From a virus (taxonomy: Duplodnaviria; Heunggongvirae; Uroviricota; Caudoviricetes): DNA of 9,306 nt. Under the pieces are notes generated by a model. It ran no database searches. It saw only the letters and a program-made list of their open reading frames with translations, and had not been told where the DNA came from. This document shows, piece by piece, positions 1 through 6,125 of the stretch. Within the stretch, counting starts at the first letter, position 1. Each line of letters starts with the position of its first letter. The translations under genes were made by a program, and so were the position numbers. Location of the stretch: positions 1-9,306 of IMG/VR virus record IMGVR_UViG_3300013942_000118. One strand, given 5' to 3'.

Positions 1-825
1 TCACCCGGTGAAAGTACCAATAAAGGTTTCTACTTTGCTGTCTTTGAATTTTTCAACAAGCAGATCACGAAATTCGTTAGCCATTTCTTCCTGCACTGCT
101 TCCAGCTGAATAATGCGCAGAACCAGTACAGGGCGATCACCAGTGATAATGCTGAGGCGTAATTTAAACGGACGTTCTTTCAGGCCTTCAAACGGAACGC
201 ATTTAAACTCAAATGCTACTGGCATAATGTCTTTGGTTTTCGCTTCGACAGACTCCATCAGAGAGCGTTTGCCGCTGAAGTCATTGTCTTCAAAATCAGC
301 GGTCTGGTTTGCTTCAATCGTGATTTTACGGACCGCCGCAGCCGCTTTTGTTGCCTGAATGGCGTCACCATTAGCATCAAAGCCCACAAGGTAGTCGGCC
401 CAGTCTTCAATCCATTCTGCCAGTGACTTCTGGGAGTTACGCTCGCCGTTAACAGACAACAGGGCAGAGAACGGTGCTGTCTTTTTCAGTTTGAGAGTGG
501 CGGTGTTATCTGCGTGACCTGGTTCATCAATAGTACCCAGGTTAAGCATACTGACGGCTCGCATATTATCAGCATCGATAAAGCAGCGGGTGCCTTCATC
601 TGCAAGATCTTTAGAATAACGGGTAAAGTCATCGATGCTGGCAGTGGAAAGCGCACCACGGAAACGGAAGCGATTTAAATTAAATTTTTCCAGATCATGA
701 ATGCGGAAATTCTCAGGCAATGCCACAGCATCGGCACCAATCTTACTGATAATTTCATTAACACCCTGAGCAGAAATAAGGGCATGGATTTGATTAATTG
801 CGGTTGCGTCTAAGTTCTGAGACAT
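1..825 (-). CDS. yfdQ: DUF2303-family prophage protein (YfdQ-like), 274 aa
   Basis: Complete minus-strand ORF: ATG at 825-823, TGA at 3-1, GAGGA Shine-Dalgarno 6 nt upstream (complement of 833-837). Family assignment is from memory of YfdQ/DUF2303 in CPS-53-like prophages; no search run. Confidence 0.8.
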   Translation of the reverse strand: MSQNLDATAINQIHALISAQGVNEIISKIGADAVALPENFRIHDLEKFNLNRFRFRGALSTASIDDFTRYSKDLADEGTRCFIDADNMRAVSMLNLGTIDEPGHADNTATLKLKKTAPFSALLSVNGERNSQKSLAEWIEDWADYLVGFDANGDAIQATKAAAAVRKITIEANQTADFEDNDFSGKRSLMESVEAKTKDIMPVAFEFKCVPFEGLKERPFKLRLSIITGDRPVLVLRIIQLEAVQEEMANEFRDLLVEKFKDSKVETFIGTFTG

Positions 826-890
826 AATAAGTCCTCACTATATAAAGATATTCAGTGATGAGATAAATAATCAGTTTATTAAAAACGATA

Positions 891-1253
891 TTAACGACCT
901 GCTGCGCGGAGTTTTCCGTCAGGTTCACCGGCAAGAGTCAGTAATTGTCCCTGGTCTTCCTGCAGAATAGTCAGGCGACCACCGCGATTGACATACATCG
1001 GCGTTTCGGTGGTGTCTTCTTCGGAAATTTTCCCGCGGTTAGTCGGGCGAACATATGAGAGTTTGTGTTTGATTTTTACACGGTTCTCATCAAACGGTTC
1101 GATTTCCAGGTTGAGCGAGACCTTACCTTTGGTTTTCGTGTTCATCACACCGGAAGCGACTTCACTGAGAACTGCGCCGATTTTGGTTTCAAATACGCCG
1201 CCGTCCAGCTCCCCGATAAATGCCTGCACATCAGTACTGCGTTCGCTAGCCAT
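891..1253 (-). CDS. Small prophage early protein, 120 aa (YfdP-like by recollection); start chosen at internal ATG
   Basis: The 226-aa track ORF has an Arg/Cys-rich, non-protein-like N-terminal 106 codons. The ATG at 1253-1251 (MASERSTDV...) has a GGGGAG Shine-Dalgarno 7 nt upstream and gives 120 aa directly upstream of, and co-oriented with, the DUF2303 gene. Stop TAA at 893-891. Confidence 0.65.
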   Translation of the reverse strand: MASERSTDVQAFIGELDGGVFETKIGAVLSEVASGVMNTKTKGKVSLNLEIEPFDENRVKIKHKLSYVRPTNRGKISEEDTTETPMYVNRGGRLTILQEDQGQLLTLAGEPDGKLRAAGR

Positions 1254-1271
1254 TTTGCTGCTCCCCATCAT

Positions 1272-1287
1272 ATCGACCCTGCAGGGT
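1272..1287. repeat. 16-bp perfect palindrome CGACCCTGCAGGGTCG in the leader of the leftward early operon
   Basis: Read directly from sequence; lies 19-34 nt upstream of the 120-aa gene start on the minus strand. Confidence 0.8.
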
Positions 1288-1302
1288 CGGTTGGTTTCTC
1301 CA

Positions 1303-1390
1303 CAAAACAGAGAAGAACACCTGCGGTGGCAGCCGCCCGGATGGATTGGGTTATGAGCCCGTCGTCCGGTGATGCTCTTCTCTGTTTTGT
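1303..1390. repeat. 15-bp perfect inverted repeat (ACAAAACAGAGAAGA / TCTTCTCTGTTTTGT) enclosing a 58-nt GC-rich loop
   Basis: Arms at 1303-1317 and 1376-1390 are exact reverse complements; read directly from sequence. Function unknown. Confidence 0.8.
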
Positions 1391-1722
1391 AAAAAGGACG
1401 GTACCAGCCGGAAGCAAGGGTACAAGCTGATACCGCCAGGACTACACACAGCATAAAGTTGTGGTGCCGGGTGCCTCCCGGTGCCTGGCGAAGGTTGCAC
1501 ACCAGGCGGGTGGGTATCCACAGAAGGTCGACTGTCAGCCTCAACCTTAACCCGCGTGCGCTGAGCCGCATTCACCACAACGCTAAGGATTCTCTCTGGT
1601 TGAAAATACTTAGCTGTTATGTGCCTGCTTTTAGCCACATCAGGCGAGGTGGACCTAGTTATTCCCCAACAACAAGGATTTGGTTAATCTGGATATCCCC
1701 AACAACTAGCTGAGTATTCAAC

Positions 1723-2244
1723 GTGATAGCTGAACTGTCTGCGGCTATGGCCGCTATAAAGGAGACTGCCGGTCTTGCTAAGGTTATTAATGACGCGAAA
1801 ACGGATGCAGAAGTTAAAGCTGCAACCATTGAACTCCAGAACAAACTAATCACGCTTCAGGCAGAATGCTTCTCTCTTGGCGATGCGATCCGCCTTCGTG
1901 ATGAAGAGGTGATGCATCTCAAAGCAAAAATTGCAGAGTTTGAAGATTTTTGTGCCAAGGTAGAAGGATATGTCCTTGATCAGCTTGACTCTGGTGCTTT
2001 TGTTTACTCTAAAAATGAAATTGTGAGTGGAAAAGAAATAACTGTGCATCTGTGCCCACTTTGTTATTCCAAAAATATAAAATCGATACTTCATCCGCTT
2101 CCAGTAGGTAAAACTTCTCATTTTCTTACAAGCCGTTGCCTTCACTGTGAAAATAAATTTCTTATGGAAAAAAATCCGATGTACGAACGACCAAGATCAT
2201 TACGTGAGTTGGGGCGAGATCTGAATTCGCCTTGGATTCCTTAA
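1723..2244 (+). CDS. Hypothetical protein with N-terminal coiled-coil and C-terminal CxxC-x25-CxxC zinc-ribbon, 173 aa from GTG 1723 (165 aa from ATG 1747)
   Basis: Clean ORF ending TAA 2242-2244 and followed by an intrinsic terminator. Markedly AT-rich compared with the flanking DNA, by eye. Heptad-like charged N-terminus, then HLCPLC...RCLHCE. No obvious Shine-Dalgarno or sigma70 promoter upstream. Transcribed convergently with the PL-like promoter. Confidence 0.55.
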   Translation: MIAELSAAMAAIKETAGLAKVINDAKTDAEVKAATIELQNKLITLQAECFSLGDAIRLRDEEVMHLKAKIAEFEDFCAKVEGYVLDQLDSGAFVYSKNEIVSGKEITVHLCPLCYSKNIKSILHPLPVGKTSHFLTSRCLHCENKFLMEKNPMYERPRSLRELGRDLNSPWIP

Positions 2245-2287
2245 ATCTTGCATTGGTTGGATGATACCCAGATTGTTAAAGAGCTAA

Positions 2288-2309
2288 GCGTCCTGTAGGG
2301 CGCTTTTTT
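2288..2309 (+). terminator. Rho-independent terminator downstream of the 173-aa ORF
   Basis: Stem GCGTCC (2288-2293) / GGGCGC (2298-2303) with one G-U pair, loop TGTA, followed by TTTTTT (2304-2309). Confidence 0.6.
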
Positions 2310-2388
2310 GTTGCTAACGAATCATCCTGGACTTCATATGCCCCAGGCGGATACTTCGTGGGCGTCCTGCCTGTTTGTTGTTTCTCTT

Positions 2389-2425
2389 GGGTACATTATG
2401 TATCTCAAAGGTACATTGTCAAGTA
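2389..2425 (-). promoter_or_regulatory. PL-like leftward promoter with GTAC-containing operator half-sites (OL-like)
   Basis: On the minus strand: TTGACA (complement of 2417-2422), 16-nt spacer, CATAAT (complement of 2395-2400). Overlapped by repeated GGTACATT motifs that match the GTAC cores of the operators at 3152-3223. Confidence 0.45.
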
Positions 2426-2449
2426 TAAAAAAACCTGCCGAAGCAGGTT
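2426..2449 (-). terminator. Rho-independent terminator of the repressor gene
   Basis: On the minus strand: stem CCTGC / GCAGG (plus 2434-2438 and 2443-2447), loop TTCG, followed by a U-run (plus A-run 2427-2433). Begins 13 nt after the repressor stop. Confidence 0.65.
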
Positions 2450-2461
2450 CATAAACATTGA

Positions 2462-3136
2462 TTAGGCTTTGATTTTGTATCTTCTTGGTTTTCCTGAGAA
2501 AATCACAGTTCCAATTATAGAGCAATTACCGTTGATCTTAATGTAAGGCTCAGGCCAGTTTGGGTTTAACGCTTTGAGATAACGCTGTGTCCCATCTTCT
2601 ATCAACCTTTTGAAGGTGGTTTCACCTGTATCGTGCATCAATGCAATAACGTCGTCACCGTGGCAGGCAGGTACTTCAGGATCGACAAAAATCATGTCTC
2701 CCGGGCGGTACTCATCAATCATTGAATCACCTATCACCCGCAAGATATAAGTCATTTCCCCACAGGGTACAGGGCAGGGATACGTTTCTGCTGTGCTCAA
2801 ATCAACCTCAGAATATCCAACTTCTTTCCATGCTCCGGCCTGTACCCATGATATGACAGGGACTAATGTGATTTGTTTATTAGTGATTGAAACATCAGGT
2901 TTTTTTGTGATGTTCGTTGTCTGGTGTTCTTGATCGAGCCATCCGACAGGCAGGTCGAAACATTTTTCGATGTGTCGTGCCATGCTGTCACCGATATTTT
3001 TAGTAGCACCATCTCCCATAAACCTGCTGGTCTGGGTTGGCTCGCGATCAATCATAGTGGCAAAGGAAGAATTCCCGCCAACACCATCTCTCAGTTTTCT
3101 GGCGTTAGACCGCCGGATGTCATGGATTGTTTTCAT
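2462..3136 (-). CDS. Prophage CI-like repressor, HTH plus S24 (LexA-like) autopeptidase domain, 224 aa
   Basis: ORF ATG 3136-3134 to TAA 2464-2462. C-terminal half carries an Ala-Gly candidate cleavage site (VQAGAW), the GDSM serine motif and a downstream Lys (TFKRL), typical of the LexA/cI S24 fold. Sits divergent from a Cro-like gene across a palindromic operator region. No Shine-Dalgarno before the ATG. Confidence 0.9.
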   Translation of the reverse strand: MKTIHDIRRSNARKLRDGVGGNSSFATMIDREPTQTSRFMGDGATKNIGDSMARHIEKCFDLPVGWLDQEHQTTNITKKPDVSITNKQITLVPVISWVQAGAWKEVGYSEVDLSTAETYPCPVPCGEMTYILRVIGDSMIDEYRPGDMIFVDPEVPACHGDDVIALMHDTGETTFKRLIEDGTQRYLKALNPNWPEPYIKINGNCSIIGTVIFSGKPRRYKIKA

Positions 3137-3226
3137 AACGAAATTAAAACCCTTGTACCGTTAAGGTACAAGTATCTTGAAGGTTCATTTCAATCATGTA
3201 ATATGTACACCGGAGGTACATATTGT
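3137..3226. promoter_or_regulatory. Divergent PRM/PR-type control region with two palindromic operators
   Basis: Operator 1 is CTTGTACC-N5-GGTACAAG (3152-3172); operator 2 is ATATGTAC-N7-GTACATAT (3201-3223). Candidate PR on plus: TTGAAG (3177-3182), 16-nt spacer, TAATAT (3199-3204), GGAGG Shine-Dalgarno 3212-3216, cro ATG 3227. Candidate PRM on minus: TTGTAC (complement of 3166-3171), 17-nt spacer, TTTAAT (complement of 3143-3148), ending about 6 nt before the repressor ATG. Confidence 0.6.
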
Positions 3227-3427
3227 ATGAAAGCGTATTGGGACTCTTTAACCAAAGAACAGCAGGGCGAGTTGGCCGGAAAAGTTGGCTCAACACCTAG
3301 CTACTTACGGCTGGTTTTCAATGGCTATAAAAAAGCCAGTTTTGTGCTGGCTAAAAAACTTGAGCAATGCACGTCAGGTGCAATTACGAAATCTGACTTA
3401 AGACCGGATATCTATCCGAAAGATTAG
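3227..3427 (+). CDS. Cro/YdaS-like small HTH regulator, 66 aa
   Basis: ATG at 3227 is in frame inside the longer track ORF and has a GGAGG Shine-Dalgarno 10 nt upstream; TAG at 3425-3427. Product MKAYWDSLTKEQQGELAGKVGSTPSYLRLVFNG... resembles YdaS/Cro-family HTH proteins. Divergent from the repressor. Confidence 0.8.
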   Translation: MKAYWDSLTKEQQGELAGKVGSTPSYLRLVFNGYKKASFVLAKKLEQCTSGAITKSDLRPDIYPKD

Positions 3428-3458
3428 CAGAACACTTTCAATTTTTAACCACAGAACG

Positions 3459-4022
3459 ATGAGGCTAATCGTGGGTAAGCATCACTGGAAAATAGAAAAA
3501 CAGCCTGAGTGGTACGTGAAAGCTGTCAGAAAAACTATCGCGGCGTTGCCGGGTGGTTACGCTGAAGCGGCTGACTGGCTGGATGTAACAGAGAACGCAT
3601 TATTTAACCGCCTTCGTGCCGATGGCGATCAGATTTTCCCGCTGGGATGGGCAATGATTTTGCAACGTGCTGGTGGAACTCACTTCATTGCTGACGCTGT
3701 GGCGCAGTCTGCAAATGGCGTCTTTGTGTCTCTTCCTGACGTCGAGGATGTGGACAACGCCGATATTAACCAGCGTCTGCTGGAAGTCATTGAACAGATC
3801 GGCAGTTATTCAAAACAGATTCGTTCAGCAATCGAAGACGGTGTAGTGGAACCGCATGAGAAGACAGCAATTAACGACGAGCTGTATCTCTCAATTTCGA
3901 AGCTGCAGGAGCATGCAGCACTGGTCTACAAAATCTTTTGCATTTCAGAAAGTAATGACGCCCGCGAGTGTGCAGCTCCGGGCGCCGTGGCGTGTCGTGA
4001 CTGTGGAGAAACTAACGCATGA
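3459..4022 (+). CDS. CII-like phage regulatory protein (CP76/YdaT-like family), 187 aa
   Basis: ORF immediately after the Cro-like gene, the usual position of cII/ydaT. Family assignment from memory, moderate. Start is uncertain: ATG 3459 has a weak Shine-Dalgarno, while in-frame GTG 3471 is preceded by GAGG. Stop overlaps the next ATG as ATGA. Confidence 0.65.
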   Translation: MRLIVGKHHWKIEKQPEWYVKAVRKTIAALPGGYAEAADWLDVTENALFNRLRADGDQIFPLGWAMILQRAGGTHFIADAVAQSANGVFVSLPDVEDVDNADINQRLLEVIEQIGSYSKQIRSAIEDGVVEPHEKTAINDELYLSISKLQEHAALVYKIFCISESNDARECAAPGAVACRDCGETNA

Positions 4023-4377
4023 ACAGTTTAACAACACACTACCGTCGCTCGCAACTGATTGCGCTTCCTGTACCGGGTGGAAAAGCGAAGGTGGAGTATT
4101 GCTATGCAGTTAATGTACCAGGTGACAGGGAAATTGTAACCCACAGCTTTGCTGAGTGGGCTGTGGGTGATTTCAACCGGCAGAAGGAGACAGTCCTTTG
4201 CGACAAGTTAACCGCTGGTTCAAAGATCACTACGGAGTGCCCGTCAGAGTCATTCGTTGGGAGCCGGAAACACAACGAGTTATCTACCTCCGCGAAGGCT
4301 ATGAGCATGAGTGCTTCAGCCCGCTCGAACAGTTTCGTCGTAAATTCAGGGAAATAGAGGTCGGTCATGAGCACTAA
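4019..4377 (+). pseudogene. Unknown early gene apparently split over two reading frames (one-base frameshift near 4170-4215), or a 112-aa ORF plus an overlapping 59-aa TTG-initiated ORF
   Basis: Frame of ATG 4019 gives a plausible N-terminus but a low-complexity Ser/Ala-rich tail to 4357. The -1 frame from about 4171 to TAA 4375-4377 reads ...[58 protein letters not shown], which looks like genuine protein and ends 8 nt into the next gene. No XXXYYYZ slippery heptamer seen. Confidence 0.4.
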
Positions 4378-5308
4378 ATTAACCGGCTATGTATGGGATG
4401 GTTGCGCTGCATCAGGCATGAAATTATCCAGCGTGGCAATTATGGCCCGCCTGGCTGATTTCAGTAATGACGAAGGTGTGTGCTGGCCATCAATTGAAAC
4501 TATTGCCCGTCAGATTGGCGCGGGGATGAGTACCGTCAGGACGGCTATCGCACGGCTGGAAGCAGAAGGCTGGTTAACGCGTAAGGCGCGTCGCCAGGGT
4601 AACCGCAATGCGTCGAATGTTTATCAGCTTAACGTTGCGAAGCTTCAGGCAGCGGCATTTTCTCAACTGTCAGATTCTGACCCGTCAAAATCTGACGCAT
4701 CAAAATCTGACCCGTCAAAATTTGATGCGTCGAAATCTGGCAAAAAAGCGGGTTTTCACCCGTCAGAATCTGGCGGGGATCCGTCAGTAAAATCAAAACA
4801 TGATCCGTCAGATAAAAAACCTTCTCGTCCGGACGCTTCGCAACCGGACACGCAGACGGATGAACAGGATTTTTTAACTCGCCATCCTGATGCGGTTGTA
4901 TTCAGCCCTAAAAAGCGCCAGTGGGGAACGCAGGATGATTTGACCTGCGCACAGTGGCTCTGGAAAAAAATCATCGCCCTGTACGAGCAAGCCGCCGCAT
5001 GTGACGGCGAGGTGGTTCGTCCCAAAGAACCGAACTGGACAGCCTGGGCAAACGAAATTCGCCTGATGTGTGTACAGGATGGTCGTACTCACAAACAAAT
5101 CTGCGAGATGTACAGCCGCGTCAGCCGCGATCCGTTCTGGTGCCGTAACGTGCTCAGCCCGTCGAAGTTGCGGGAAAAATGGGATGAGCTTTCCCTGCGC
5201 TTATCACCGTCCGTCAGCACGTACACCGAAAAACGCGAAGACCCGTACTTCAAATCCAGTTACGACAACGTGGACTACAGCCAGATCCCGGCAGGATTCA
5301 GGGGGTGA
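4367..5308 (+). CDS. Replication initiator (lambda O-like: N-terminal winged-helix DNA-binding domain, acidic/Ser-Pro-rich linker, C-terminal domain), 313 aa
   Basis: ATG 4367 with GAGG Shine-Dalgarno 6 nt upstream; TGA 5306-5308. N-terminal region resembles phage replication-initiator HTH domains. An iteron array lies inside the coding sequence, as for ori in lambda O. Sits at the O position of the early-right operon. Confidence 0.75.
   Translation: MSTKLTGYVWDGCAASGMKLSSVAIMARLADFSNDEGVCWPSIETIARQIGAGMSTVRTAIARLEAEGWLTRKARRQGNRNASNVYQLNVAKLQAAAFSQLSDSDPSKSDASKSDPSKFDASKSGKKAGFHPSESGGDPSVKSKHDPSDKKPSRPDASQPDTQTDEQDFLTRHPDAVVFSPKKRQWGTQDDLTCAQWLWKKIIALYEQAAACDGEVVRPKEPNWTAWANEIRLMCVQDGRTHKQICEMYSRVSRDPFWCRNVLSPSKLREKWDELSLRLSPSVSTYTEKREDPYFKSSYDNVDYSQIPAGFRG
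4669..4740. repeat. Iteron-like tandem array (about 5 units of 14-15 bp, consensus near CCGTCAAAATCTGA), putative phage origin
   Basis: Units GTCAGATTCTGAC (4669), GTCAAAATCTGAC (4684), ATCAAAATCTGAC (4698), GTCAAAATTTGAT (4714), GTCGAAATCTGGC (4728). Degenerate CCGTCAG copies continue to about 4815. Several units are internally palindromic. The array encodes the DPSKSDASKSDPSKFDASKS repeat in the initiator. Confidence 0.6.
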
Positions 5309-5310
5309 TC

Positions 5311-5799
5311 ATGAGTCTGTTAAATGACGTTCAGAAATTCATTGAAGCCCATCCGGGGTGTACTTCCGGAGACATTGCGGATGCTTTTGCAGGTTACTCA
5401 CGGCAGCGCGTTCTGCAGTCTGCAAGCAAGTTACGTCAGAGTGGGCGTGTGGCTCACCGTTGTGAAGGAGATACACGCAGACATTTCCCGCGCCTGACTG
5501 AGAGAGCGCAGGAGCCGGAACCACAACCAGTTCGTGAAACCAGACCTGTGCGCAATTTCTATGTCGGCACTAACGATCCACGGGTGATTTTGTGCCTGAC
5601 CCGCCAGGCTGAAGAACTGGAGTCCAGGGGCTTATACCGTCGTGCTGCAACGGTGTGGATGGCGGCATTCCGTGAAAGCCACTCCCAGCCAGAACGAAAC
5701 AATTTTCTGGCGCGTCGTGAACGGTGTTTACGGAAAAGCAGTAAGCGGGCTGCATCGGGTGAAGAGTGGTATCTGTCAGGGAATTACGTGGGGGCGTAA
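5311..5799 (+). CDS. PerC-family-like transcriptional regulator with an N-terminal HTH-like extension, 162 aa
   Basis: ATG 5311 with GGGGG Shine-Dalgarno 5 nt upstream (the track start GTG 5305 overlaps the previous stop). C-terminal segment AEELESRGLYRRAATVWMAAFRE...RRERCL resembles the PerC/Pch signature. From memory only, moderate. Confidence 0.55.
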   Translation: MSLLNDVQKFIEAHPGCTSGDIADAFAGYSRQRVLQSASKLRQSGRVAHRCEGDTRRHFPRLTERAQEPEPQPVRETRPVRNFYVGTNDPRVILCLTRQAEELESRGLYRRAATVWMAAFRESHSQPERNNFLARRERCLRKSSKRAASGEEWYLSGNYVGA

Positions 5800-6125
5800 T
5801 GACGACGTTAACTCAATGCCAGCAGCAGGTGCTGGATATGCTGATTTCTTATCAGAAAGAGCGTGGCTTTCCGCCAACCAATCAGGAGGTGGCAACCATG
5901 CTGGGATACCGTTCGGTGAATGCAGCGGTGGAGCATCTTCGCGCACTGGAGAAAAAAGGCGTCATCACGATAAAGCGTGGCGTGGCACGGGGGATAACGC
6001 TTCATACCGCTGTGAAGGACGACGACAGCGAGGCGGTCGGGATTATCCGCGCACTGCTTGCCGGTGAGGAAAACGCCAGGCTGCGTGCAGCCCACTGGTT
6101 ACATGAGAGGGGCCTGAAAGTATGA
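5799..6125 (+). CDS. LexA N-terminal DNA-binding-domain paralogue lacking the S24 peptidase domain, 108 aa
   Basis: Start ATG 5799 overlaps the upstream stop (TAATG). LTQCQQQVLDMLISYQKERGFPPTNQEVATMLGYRSVNAAVEHLRALEKKGVITIKRGVARGITL aligns by eye with E. coli LexA residues about 4-68 at roughly half identity. The protein stops after about 40 further residues with no peptidase motifs. Confidence 0.8.
   Translation: MTTLTQCQQQVLDMLISYQKERGFPPTNQEVATMLGYRSVNAAVEHLRALEKKGVITIKRGVARGITLHTAVKDDDSEAVGIIRALLAGEENARLRAAHWLHERGLKV

Noticed and set aside
1398-1424. GGTACC and GGTACAA motifs in the leader as an extra repressor operator
   Set aside because: Half-site spacing (13 bp) differs from the 5-7 bp of the operators at 3152-3223, and a 7-mer match is expected about once by chance in a window this size.
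988-1430. Plus-strand ORFs 988-1356 and 1065-1430, antisense to the 120-aa gene
   Set aside because: They overlap a better-supported minus-strand gene, have low-complexity Ser/Pro-rich or odd composition, and lack a Shine-Dalgarno; likely spurious.
1351-1713. ORFs 1351-1638 (minus) and 1459-1713 (plus) inside the GC-rich leader
   Set aside because: Translations are Pro/Arg/His-rich with no recognisable domain or ribosome-binding site. The region is dominated by inverted repeats, so a structured non-coding role fits better, though a decayed N-like gene cannot be fully excluded.
1254-1722. Retron msr/msd, type III toxin-antitoxin repeat array, CRISPR array or tRNA in the structured region
   Set aside because: There is no reverse transcriptase or toxin gene nearby, the TCCCCAACAAC repeat occurs only twice with unrelated intervening sequence, no repeat-spacer periodicity exists, and no tRNA T-loop motif was seen in this region.
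2334-3164. ORFs 2334-2525, 2863-3051 and 2970-3164 overlapping the repressor gene
   Set aside because: They lie in alternative frames of a well-supported CDS or span the terminator/promoter region; no independent support.
2924-3226. The 5' extension of track ORF 2924-3427 upstream of the Cro-like start
   Set aside because: The extension runs antisense through the repressor gene and the operator region; the internal ATG at 3227 with a GGAGG Shine-Dalgarno is the credible start.
4170-4215. Programmed ribosomal frameshift at the 4019-4377 locus
   Set aside because: No XXXYYYZ slippery heptamer or obvious downstream stimulatory structure was found at the frame junction; a mutation, a sequencing error or an overlapping small ORF is more likely.
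3856-4374. ORFs 3856-4113 (plus) and 4102-4374 (minus)
   Set aside because: Alternative-frame or antisense overlaps of the cII-like gene and the 4019-4377 locus, with no ribosome-binding site or protein-like composition.
4608-5098. ORFs 4608-4790 (plus), 4756-5025 and 4874-5098 (minus) inside the replication initiator gene
   Set aside because: The QNLTHQNLTRQNL-type repeats are the iterons read in the wrong frame; the minus-strand ORFs are antisense to a well-supported CDS.
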